This document shows positions 48,455-58,699 of a stretch of DNA of 64,000 nucleotides, piece after piece; within the stretch, counting starts at the first letter, position 1, and every line of letters begins with the position of its first letter. The DNA comes from Entomortierella parvispora E1425 (Eukaryota; Fungi; Mortierellomycota). The DNA lies in assembly GCA_020891255.1 (NCBI GenBank), contig BQFW01000001.1, positions 2,880,120 through 2,944,119 on the forward strand. Reading direction: 5' to 3'. The translations under genes were made by a program, and so were the position numbers. The notes beneath the pieces were generated by a model. That model saw only the letters and a program-made list of their open reading frames with translations, had not been told where the DNA came from and searched no databases.

Positions 48455-49175
48455 GGTGTGGGAGTACACAAGAAGGGCAAGAGGGGAGAGATCAAGCAAA
48501 GAAGAAAAGAAAAGATCAAAAGTGAAGAACAAGAGGGAAGAGAAGAAAGGAAAGAAGGGAGGGAAAAGAAGAGAGGGACAGTGGGATGCAACAAAAGAAA
48601 GAGAGACGCGAGAGAGGGGGGGACCCGACAAGTTCAAGAGAAAAGGAGAAGGCATCAGCGAAGGAAAAGAAGAGGGAGACTGACGAACAAGAAGGAAGAA
48701 AACAGAGGAGCAAGAAAGAAGAGAAGGGAGAGAAGAGAGGAGAGAGAAGAGAGGAGAGAGGAGAGAGAAGAGAGGAGAGAGAAGAGAGGAGAGAGAAGAG
48801 AGGAGAGGAACAAGACGGAAGAAGAGACGAGCAAGAGAGAAGAGAAGAGACGAGCAAAAGGGAAGAGAAGAGAGCAGGAGAGAGTTCCGAAAAGACAGAG
48901 AAAAGTGGAGACGACAAGAGGAAAGAGAAGAGAAGAGATGTTGACGATCATCAAGGAATAAAGGAGACAAACAAGAGAAAGAGAACACAGCAAGGCGCCA
49001 GGGGCTTTTTTTTTTTTTTTTTTTGGCCAGCAGCTACTCCAAGGATTACCCCTCCCTTGGATGCCTGACGCGGAGATCGTTGCCATGGTCGGCAGCGCAA
49101 CATCTTCTTGCAGGTCTCTTCGTTTGTTGCACCGCAGGGAGAAGGCTGGATCAACGCATCAGAACATGTGGACAT
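48455..49175 (-). repeat. Inverted copy of subtelomeric modules, including an AGAGG/AGAGA microsatellite at about 48720-48810
   Basis: 48653-48727 is the near reverse complement of 53464-53536, and 49000-49175 resembles the reverse complement of 61015-61190. Confidence 0.8.
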
Positions 49176-49257
49176 TTGTCGACGTGATTTTTTTTTACCG
49201 AAGTTTTTATTTCCAGCAAGTCAAGGTCGAGTTAGCACACATGAGTCCGGCCATGAC

Positions 49258-50165
49258 TGACAACGCTGTCTGCATCCCCACGGGTTCCGCATGCCCACTC
49301 AATGTATGAGTCCCCGCATGGACTGATCGATCGTACCTGAAGTCTTTTTCGTTCTTTTTTGTCTCAGCTGTGGTTGGATCCGCTGTTGCGGGCCATCGCT
49401 GGACGGAAAGACGCCTGTGTCCATTTCCCTCTTGTTGGTCCCTTCTCTTCCTCGTCTCTTCTTTTTTTCTTCTCTTGCCTCTTGTCTCTTCTCCCTCCTC
49501 TTCTCTTTCTTCTTGTTCCTCCTCCTCTCCTCCCTGCTATCGCTCCTCTTCTCCTGTCTCTTGTCCCTCTTCCCTCCCAAGACCATTTGTTCTTTTGGAT
49601 GGGGCGAGTGCAGCCTCCTATTGTCAAAAAAAAGAAGGGCCGAAGTGGGGAGAAACAGGCGGTTGTTGTTTGTTGGATGGAGCGTCCCTGAACTTGTATC
49701 TTTTTCTCCCTCCATTCTCTTGCCATCTCAACCCATCCTCCTTGCATCCCTCTCGTCTCTTGCATTCATCTCGTCCTCTCTTTCTCGTCTCTTACATCCA
49801 TCTCGTCCCTTGCATCCATCTCTTCCTCCCCATCTGGTCCCCTGCATCCCTCTCGTCTCTTGCATTCATCTTGTCCTCTCCCTCTCGTCCCCTGCATCCC
49901 TCTCGTCCTCCCCATCTGGTCCCCTGCATCCCTCTCGTCTCTTGCATTCATCTTGTCCTCTCCCTCTCGTCCCCTGCATCCCTCTCGTCCTCCCCATCTG
50001 GTCCCCTGCATCCCTCTCGTCTCTTGCATTCATCTTGTCCTCTCCCTCTCGTCCCCTGCATCCATCTCGTCCTCCCCATCTGGTCCCCTGCATCCCTCTC
50101 GTCTCTTGCATTCATCTTGTCCTCTCCCTCTCGTCCCTTGCATCGTTCGACCTTCTCGTCTCCTG
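49258..50165 (+). repeat. Subtelomeric CT-rich core module, copy 1, ending in four 82-bp higher-order repeats
   Basis: Shares the anchors tgacaac..gtctgcatccccac, gactgatcg and cctcccaagaccatt (49572) with copies 2 and 3. catctgg recurs at 49831, 49913, 49995 and 50077. Confidence 0.85.
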
Positions 50166-50169
50166 CATT

Positions 50170-51055
50170 ACCACAACTTCTTTTACATCTAATCATACGG
50201 AGAAAGCTCATTCAATCTAGCCATGAACCAGAGTGGACATGCGACAAACGGGAGGCATGCAGGAAACATGAAGTCCTTAATTCAGGGGCGCGCACTTCTC
50301 AGGTAAGTCATCTCTGTCATCAACTGCTAGATTTCTCTGGCCCTCAGGCAGAGCATGCAGTAGCGAGGAACGAAACGGTTCCAGGGCAAAGTCACCGCTG
50401 TCTCGTGTCGTCTCTGCCCTCTTGTTCCTACTTTTGTCTAGCGTGTACAACCTTTAATAAAAAAACTACGTGACAACTGCACGAGCTGATGTTCTTGTCT
50501 ACATGCACGATGAGGAGAGCAAAAACTGTTTGAGAGAGCTACAAGTTCCTCGCTGAAGTCGAGAGAGAGCTAGTATGTGTACGGTTCACACTCGGTCTCC
50601 TGTTGCTAGTGGATTGTCCTTTCAAGCGCCCAACAGTCGTTCTATCGCCCAAAACTGCAGACTTTGCTCTTTTTCCTTCTCGTACTTCATGGAATTCAGC
50701 TACAAAGTGTCGTAAGTGGCTAGCTCTCGGCTCCTGTCACCACTTCACTCCTCCATCTTACAGATGAATTTTTTTTAAAAAAAACGAAATCTAAGAACAG
50801 CAATTACGCATCAACTACATTGTCAATCATCGATTTTTCTTTATGAATATAGACCTTTGATGAATAGGAACCTTCCCATATGAAAATCACCTTGGTCGTC
50901 AACGTAGATATCGAGAAATGGGCGTTCGATTTTCAAAAAAAACGAGATTGAAAAATGCAATTGCTCAAGATCCACCTTATGGAATGACGATATTATTAGC
51001 TTAATGGAATACTTATGAAGAGAGCTCTCTAATGCACCGTATCTCATATCTCTAC
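50170..51055 (+). pseudogene. Duplicated block F, copy 1: decayed multi-exon gene remnant
   Basis: Collinear with 62715-63614. ATG at 50223 and GTAAGT donors at 50304 and 50712 are conserved in both copies. Frameshifts and stops are present. Confidence 0.55.
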
Positions 51056-51860
51056 AGGTTCTTTTTCTTTTTTTTTTGGTGGATCATCAATTGGTTGTCA
51101 CGCCAAAATTGGATGCCACACATATGACGTCACCGCAGCCCTTAATTAAAATGACAACTTTTCCCAAATATGCCTTCGCCCATGATCCGTCGCGTCGCGT
51201 CGCACTCGCGTTTTTTGTCTTTGTCTTTTTCTCTTTTTTTTTTTTTTTAGTTGTCAAGGAACTCCATGGCCCGTTGAAGCCCATCTTTATCTAACTTTCC
51301 CTTATTGTCTCTCTTTAGATGCGCTGCTTCAAGGCAACCTACGTTGCAATGGCAGCTGGCCATGTCCGAAAATATTTTCCCTCGAGCGTTCTCGCGCGAT
51401 ATTACGACCCTGTAAACTAGACGCTGGCATCCTCTATCAATCTCCTTTCTACATCCTTGACAAACAGGTCGTTTACCACTATTGGCTACAGGATGGATCG
51501 AGAATCCGATAGGGTATGATGCCCTAGTCCTCCCTGCAGAGATTTTGACTCTCTTCGAAGCTACAGCAACAGTGAAATCAAGTTTGTGAGTAAGTAGCTC
51601 CGATGGACTCAGCTGGGAGCCAATGTCTATATCTTCAGAGTGGCTAGGGTGTTCCTCAGACGGCTCTGGCTCGCTTCGGACATGAAGAAAAGTACAGTAC
51701 AAAAAAAAAAAAAAACACGAAAAAAACAATGGCACATTTGACGATTTGGGAAATAGTTGTCATTTTAATTAAGGGCTGCGGTGACGTCATATGTGTGGCA
51801 TCCAATTTTGGCGTGACAACCAATTGATGATCCACCAAAAAAAAAAGAAAAAGAACCTGT
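51054..51860. mobile_element. Non-autonomous TIR element, 807 bp, with 116/117-bp terminal inverted repeats and an internal PARP-type zinc-finger-like frame
   Basis: 51054-51169 is the reverse complement of 51744-51860 except for one indel. Ends read ta|CAGGTT...AACCTG|tc. The internal minus frame 51247-51735 contains VANSGKRPVCQGCRKEIDRGCQRL. Confidence 0.85.
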
Positions 51861-52060
51861 CATCGTTTTTTTTTTGTTGTCCGCTTGGACCGATCGGGCT
51901 CGTTTGTCGCAGATGTTGTCGGTCCCAGCCGCTTTCGCTAGTCCCTTGTCTGTTGTGCCCGAGGATTGACGACACAGCTCCTGGGATCCTGGTACCTTGG
52001 CTCATAATAGTCCTCAGTTGCAGCCATCTGATGATGCCATCAGGAACCTGGACATTTGTT

Positions 52061-52245
52061 CTAGCGCATGTAAAAATTTGGGTTTCACACCGTGCATCCA
52101 GGGTCTCCAACAGCGGTCTTTTCTACAGATTGGCTCTAGCGCATGCAAATAATATGGCTTTCACACCCTGTATCCAGGCTCACACCCAGCAGTCTTTTCT
52201 ACAAATTGGTTCTAGCGCATGCAAATAATATGGCTTTCACGCCAT
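52061..52245. repeat. Tandem repeat, about 2.5 copies of a 75-76 bp unit
   Basis: ctagcgcatg at 52061, 52136 and 52212. aaataatatggctttcac and gtcttttctaca are repeated. Confidence 0.85.
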
Positions 52246-52553
52246 GTAGCTTGAGTCCACAGCAGCAGGTGTCCTCAAATATTCGAGATTTGAGATTCGA
52301 TCCGGAATGGGCATCCGGAATCGGCCTCGCATTCAATAATAATATGTCGACTGGCATCGACTTTTATTCCATTCGACTTCTATCCGATTCAACATTGGGT
52401 TCATCTCGGATACATCACAGGCCTGCAACCGGCCCAATTAACAGTAGGCCAACCCCAGGAACCGGAAGTTGACAGGAAGCGTGGCGGAATAGGACGCAGG
52501 TATCAACAGGGCCACCACTCGCCTCCTGGACCCAAGACCCACAGGAGGGCGAG

Positions 52554-52990
52554 TTGCAAGAGACTCCCTCCCTAGTCCTGGAACGAATTGGAGGGGATCG
52601 AGCAGTTCAACTTGACGCAGGGTTCCAGAATGGAATTGAAGTGCCAAGGCATGCAATGGGCTTCCTGGATGGGATGCAGCCAGAAACCATGGGAGACGAC
52701 TGGAACAGCGGTAACAAAGTCCACCCCACGCCTAAGGACCACGATCCAGAAGTGGGTTTTAGGCTGAGCGAGCGAGAGGGGGCGACCAAAGAGAATCAGC
52801 TTGAACGGAGGGACTGGGATGAACGACATGCAGCGGCTCGGCTTGACAGATTTTTTTTGGAGTAAAGACGGAGCACACCAAAAAGGATCCTGGCAATCAA
52901 AAGCTCAACTCAAGTCCACAAGGAACCTTGGTGGAGCGATGCTGGCACATTTGGGGAAACAGTCTTCTGGCCGCGAAAGCGCAAGGTGGC
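52554..52990 (+). pseudogene. Possible degraded non-LTR retrotransposon (L1/Tx1-like) endonuclease fragment
   Basis: MGDDWN and AARLDRFF, then after a frameshift WHIWGNSLL. These loosely recall the GDFN, SRLDRF and W-x-x-N-x-SLL motifs. The match is weak. Confidence 0.25.
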
Positions 52991-53787
52991 AAGGCAGACA
53001 TGGCCTCAGCACTCATCCACCTTCTGCAGGTTCCCTCTACTGGAGCGCCGCCGCCGAACACCCAAACGTATCTCCTTTTGATGATTATGGTACCACTGCT
53101 TAACTCAGAATCAGCTCACCCAGCAGGGAAGGGCGTGTGATGCATTCGGGGCAAAAAGCTGTCGCGTTGACAAATACTCTGCTCATGATCTCGACTGCTT
53201 GAGACAACCCTTTTTGCATTCCCACAGTGCGGCGCACTTGCCCACCCAACAGGGAGGAGGAGAAGGAGGAGAAGGAGGAGGAGGAGCACTTGGCTGCTGG
53301 CGCAAAAAAAAGGTTTTTTATGTTTGTCTTGTCCTGCATGGACGGATCATCGTTCCTGCAGAACACAGCTGTTGTCGGTTTTCCCCCCCTCTCTCCTCTT
53401 CTCTCTCTTGTCCTCTCTTCTCTTCCCTTCCCTTCTTTCTTGTTCCTCTCCTCTCTCCTCTCTCTTTTCTTCTTTCTTGCTCCTGTTTTCTTCCTCCTTA
53501 TTCGTCAGTCTTTCTCTTCTTTTCCTTCGCTGATGTCTTCTCCTTTACACTACAGCTTGTCTGGTCTTCCCCTCTCTTGCATCGCGTTTTCGTCTGTTGC
53601 ATTTAACTGTCCCTATCTTCTTCTCTCCCTTTTTTCCTTTCTTCTCTTCCTTCTTGATCGTCTGTTTTTGTTCTCTTCCCACCTTGTTCGGCAGTCTTGA
53701 TCGTTTCTTTTCTTCCTTCCCTGTTTTTCTTCTCTCTTGCACATGTCTGCTTGATCTCTCCCCTCTTGCCCTTCTCATTCTTCCTCT

Positions 53788-54475
53788 GTGAGATTGTGAC
53801 AACCCTGTCTGCATCCCCACAGGTTGCGCCTGTCCACTCAAAGTATGAATGATATGAAGTCTTGGTATGAAGACGCTGCTGTTGGCGCCAACAAAAAAAA
53901 ACAAGGGATCCTCCGCGTGGACGAGACTGATCGATCGTTCCTGAACTTTGCCTTTTTTTGTCTCAGCTGTTGTTGGATCGTCGTTGGATCCGCTTGCGGG
54001 CGGGCCGCCAGACGGAAAGACGTCCCTGTCCATCACTCCCGTCATGTCCCCCTTCCTTCTCTTCTTTTTCCTTCTCCTCGCTCCTCTTGTCCCAGCTCTT
54101 GTCCTGTCTTTACCTCTTGTCCCTCCTCTTCTCTTCCCTCTTGTTCCTCCTCTTCTCCTCGCTGTTGTCCCTCCTCTTCTCTTTCCTCCTGTCCTCTTCC
54201 CTCCCAAGACCATTGTTCTTTAGGATGGGGCCAGTGCAGCCTCCATTTGTCAAAAAATAAAAAAAAATAAAAAAAAAATGGAAGGGAGAAAAGTATGTTG
54301 TTGTTTGTTCTTGGATGGAACTTCTTGTCCGTCTGTCTCCCTCCTTTCCCCTCCTTTACCGTCTCTCAACTCATCCCGACTCATCTCGTCTCTCTTCATC
54401 CCTCTCCTCTGTTGCGTTCATCTATTCTTTCTCGTCTCTTGCATCCCTCTCTTCTCTTCCATCCAACTCGTCTGC
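53788..54475 (+). repeat. Subtelomeric CT-rich core module, copy 2
   Basis: Anchors ttgtgacaaccctgtctgcatccccac (about 53794), gatatgaagtcttgg..tgaagacgctgctg and cctcccaagaccatt (54199). Confidence 0.85.
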
Positions 54476-54681
54476 GAATGCTTTTCCCGTGTGTCGAGGA
54501 GTATGCCAAGGGGCATGAACGTTACGCTTATTGGCTGCAGTGGACGGAGAACTTTATGTTGGACAAGGACATGAAGGTTGAACAATATTGAAGGCAAAAG
54601 GCACACTCGGAGCAATAGATTGATATTCACCCGCAGTGATGCATAAAGGAGAGAGGTTTATTGAGGGGTTGTTTGTGAACC

Positions 54682-57600
54682 TCAGTTTCCATACAGGATG
54701 AGTTCATCCAAATCGTCCTCATTCATCGTCTGAACAGGATCAGGTGATGAAGCTGAGGAGGAGTCTCCTTCCGCCAGGTCAAGAGTGGGATCCCATGCTT
54801 CTGGTGAAGCAATGGGGGATGATGCGACAATGGGCACCACATCCCGCTCGTTGCGGCTGTTGCCATATATCCAGGCATCTCCTTCCAGATCTTGCTCGGA
54901 AAGGTAGTAAGCTCTCATTGTGTGAATCATACACAACTATACATCAGAAAAGTCATAAAAGTGTACAGGTTAATGGGCATGAGTGTTGAGCAGGTGAACA
55001 TCAATCATGAGTAAAGTACTTACTCGGATCTGAAGGAGATGTACTACCCCCTGAATGTGAGCTCGCATATCGCCCAACGATGTGGGCAGCTCGTACACAG
55101 GGTACTCCTTGAAGAGTGACACATGGGAACCTATACCAGCCGGCCTCAACTCGAACGATTGGTATCCGCGATCTGCGACAGAAACACAAGGCGAAAGCAT
55201 TAAAGGTTAGAATCAGGAAGCAGCATCTGAATACACACAACTTTCAGGCAACTAACCTCCAGAATAGATGCCAAAAAACCTGGCTTTGTACTTGAAGTTC
55301 CTGTTCATCGTGTCCTGCAACCTGCCGGTCATGATGCTGTGCGTTTCACGAAAGAGATCGTAGCTTGTTTCCTTCATGAACTTCTTGGACACTTCGTCCC
55401 ATGTTCTCATCCTCTCGACGATCATCCAGTCCTTCAAGTCTTGAACATCCCGCGCAATCAGATCCAGTTTCCGCCCAATGATCTTCCTTGGCGTCTTTAC
55501 GTCTGGCTTCCATTGGCGCCCGGCATTCCTTCGCTTTGATGACTCTAGTCCCATTTTTTCACCGTCGAGCATAAAAATATTGTCTTGGTCTTCAAGCAGC
55601 TCCATAAGCAGTGGCCATGATTTTCGTCCCCAATAAGATTCGGACAAATCGTGGACCACAAATGGCGAGGGGATTTTACGATACATTCGCTCCCTGTCAG
55701 ATCGTTACAAGTTAGCAATGCTGCTGGTGTTTTTCTCTCTCTCTATAGCAAAAGCCATCGTAACTTACCACGATTGAAAGGTTGCTTGAGCCAATTCACA
55801 CGAACCTTGGTCATCCATCGGCAAGGGCACTGTTACAACAGACTGCTGAGCAATAATTGCTTCCTTCGCCTTCAAAAGATAGTCAACAGTTGTTTTTGAG
55901 AGAGGAGGAAGCACAAACTGATTCCTCTCCGCAATCTCGTTCCACTCCTTATCCGTGAAAAGCCGTCTGGTGATGGGGCATTCAAAGTCGATAGCGTAAC
56001 TCCTGATCCTAAAAGCAAATGCCATTAGTAGCAGGCCTAATTTGGAGCTACAAAGCGTAGAAAGAACTAAGGATCTGTGTTATATTACTTGATGTTGGCA
56101 TCGGCAGTTAAACTGGCTTTAAAGAGGGTTTCTTCGACACATGTCCCTGTACTCAGCTTCCAAAATTTGGATGCATCTAGACTTTCGAAACGCTGTCAAA
56201 AAGACAGGAGAGAAATTCGTTAATATATGTACGAACGCCAAGCTGTACTAAACACAGATATTTCTCAGCGTACCTCTGTTCGCCTTCGCTTCTTGGTCTC
56301 TGAAATCCCGCTTGATAGTGGGAAAGCATGAGGGTTGGGAGGAGCCAACTCGAGACTCTTCTTTCTACCACCCCTTGAAGGAAGTGGGCTTGTTGTCTTA
56401 GGCTTGCGTTGGGTACACTTTGACGGACCGGCTCGCTTTGGCGAGGGTTGACTGACCCTGAATGGCTTGGCTTTCTTGGACTGGCACCGGTTGACATTCT
56501 GAAGAGGAGGTCCTGCTACATCAGAAACGCCTTTCGCCGAACCTAGGGTTCCTTCTTTCGACTGACCCGCCATTGAGTTTTGTCGCGTCTTCTCATTCCT
56601 TCCACATGCGTTGTTCGAAGGATCTGAAATTGTCTTTCCAGGATCAGCGGAGAGAGTTGATGGCCCACACTGTGAACCTGACATTGGCGATGTAGTCTCC
56701 GTAGACTCCGTAGCGGAGATAACAGGTGTATCTGGGCCCTGGAGCGTCATGGTTGAGGCTTGATTTGATTTTCCAGTTATTCCGCTTCGACTCTTGGGTG
56801 GAGGCTGGCGCAAATTAGAAGGGGCTCCGTCAAGGGTGGGAGACGTCACTGAGAGAGTGCCAGATTTGGGCAAAGACTCCAAGGGTGCAGGATGTACTTG
56901 ATTTGGACCGAGTGTTCGATCTGTGCCGGAGATAGGTGCCTGGGACCTTGCTGCAAACCCGCCGAGAACAACATCGCCCTCCTCACTCAGAATTTCTTCT
57001 TCGTCCTCGACTTGTATACCTTGGTAGAAGTGCTCCGAGAGTTGCTCAGTCAAATGAGGGGCTGTTAAAGATAAAACATTCGTTAGCGCGAGTAGAGATA
57101 GAACGGCTGGCCAAATGCTGTGACCAAATTGTACTCACATTGCTTTTGTCGCATTTTGGTTGGTCTGTCGTTACCATCGTAGACAGCGTCGTTGGTATGT
57201 TTCCGAGACACTAGGCAGGGGATTATGATAGAAGAAGGAGTCAAAACTTTAGAATCCATCACTCTGCACAAGCCGCCATAAGCAAATCGACGACTTGCTG
57301 TTCCTGACTTACCCGTACAGCTTTGAGCCTCAACATCGTCTTCAGTAGAAGATGTGGAACGAACCAATTCAGCTGGCAATAATCAGTGGTTAATGGGATA
57401 TTCAAGGAAATGTACGCTAAGTAAGGGTCCACACTTCAGTCTGGTTTACCTTGGCGCTTTTCCATTCGCAACGAATGTTGTTCATCTGCAATTAGAAGCT
57501 GCTTCTTGGAAGATTGGAGGGCATCCTGCTCACGTTCAATCGATACTCGATCGCGGTGGTACTCATCTAGGTCATCCTGAGTGAGTGCCAGGGCGATACT

Positions 57601-57819
57601 GGCTGCCCTCCGTGCGCATTCAAATGAACTCTGCTTGAAATCTTGCATCCATCGAGCCCACTCGTTAATCAGAATTATGGACTGATCCTGTTGAAGCGCC
57701 CGGTATTTGATGTAGTCAACTGGATTGAATTGCAGTCGTCCTGTCAATAAGAGAAAGTACCCTGCACCCTTCCTTCGTTCATTAATTTCATCGAACCAGC
57801 TTTCCGGGGAGGACATCAT
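54682..57819 (-). CDS. Intact 8-exon gene, 858 aa, putative PD-(D/E)XK (REase-fold) nuclease-like protein; exons 57819-57450, 57372-57139, 57061-56274, 56192-56089, 56008-55769, 55693-55257, 55172-55024, 54936-54682
   Basis: Seven GT-AG introns join six-frame ORFs into one 2577-nt frame with no internal stop. Motifs KFWKLSTGTCVEETL, SYAIDF, LSESYW, LDGEK..ESSKRRN, GRKLDLI and IVER. The structure is well supported and the function is inferred. Confidence 0.8.
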
Positions 57820-57959
57820 GGAGGTTCAATCGCTATAATAATAATGAAAATAAATGGCTTAGATTGTTTCCAAAAAAAATACTCAGAACAACGAGCAGAG
57901 AAAAAAAAAACGTCTGCACTGAGGCAGACGCGTGTTCCCCCAGGGCCAGTCGCAATCAG

Positions 57960-58314
57960 TGGCGGCCAAATAGGAGTCTCCAATAAAGAGAGTGCTATAG
58001 GGCGGGCAAGGACCGCGAAAACTAACCCAAGCAGTGCAGATCTGAGGCCCTTCGTTTGGTTATAAACCAAAGGAAGCCAGAAGGCAAAGGAGGGCAGGCA
58101 GGGCAAGAACAAAAAACACTCCTTCAATGCCAGTCGCAACTGCGATGCGAAAATGCACATACAACAGGATCAATGGCGGCCAAATAGGAGTCTCCAATAA
58201 AGAGAGTGCTATAGGGCGGGCAAGGACCGCGAAAACTAACCCAAGCAGTGCAGATCTGAGGCCCTTCGTTTGGTTATAAACCAAAGGAAGCCAGAAGGCA
58301 AAGGAGGGCAGGCA
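57960..58314. repeat. Two identical 141-bp direct repeats (57960-58100 and 58174-58314) upstream of the 8-exon gene
   Basis: Base-by-base comparison found no differences. Each copy has the hairpin cttc-g-tttggtt-ata-aaccaaa-g-gaag. Confidence 0.92.
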
Positions 58315-58699
58315 AGAACGAAAGAGAGAGATTTAAATGAAGTGATATCATTACCTGTGGTTTGTTTCAACTGATATGATACGTCGAAGACCGGGAAGCA
58401 CGGTGGCGCAGCTGTTCAATTAGCTGACGATTCTTGATGACGGAAGAGGATTGGAAGTCAATAATGTCGATGATGCGACAGATATGGCAAGGCGTGAGAG
58501 AGAAAGGGCAGGTGCCAGAGAGAGATGAGAGAGGTGTGGGAGAGAAAAGGACATGTGTGAGTGGTGATCACGCGTGATGTTGATGGAAAAGAGATACAGC
58601 AACGTAAAAATCAAGGGCGCGAGGGAGGAAGTCCATCATGGGAGTTAAGGGGTGTGTCTGCAGCACTTGCGATCTAGGGTAGTTTCATTTTTTGCACCG

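Noticed and set aside
48272-50473. Long ORFs such as 48272-48988, 49370-50473 and 49417-50220
   Set aside because: They are translations of stop-poor CT/GA-rich repeats (S/L/P or R/E/G runs), not credible proteins.
50520-51030. In-frame TGA codons shared by both F copies, suggesting TGA recoding
   Set aside because: Nonsense mutations predating the duplication are a simpler explanation. TAA/TAG stops and frameshifts also occur.
50841-51047. Minus-strand ORF MRYGALESS..., with a homolog at 63406-63606
   Set aside because: It is open in both copies, but it shares third positions with a + frame, and the other evidence in block F (ATG, donors, synonymous bias) favours the + strand. Left unresolved and not called.
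57960-58314. Direct repeats as a CRISPR-like array
   Set aside because: There are only two 141-bp copies, no spacer series and no cas genes, and the context is eukaryotic.
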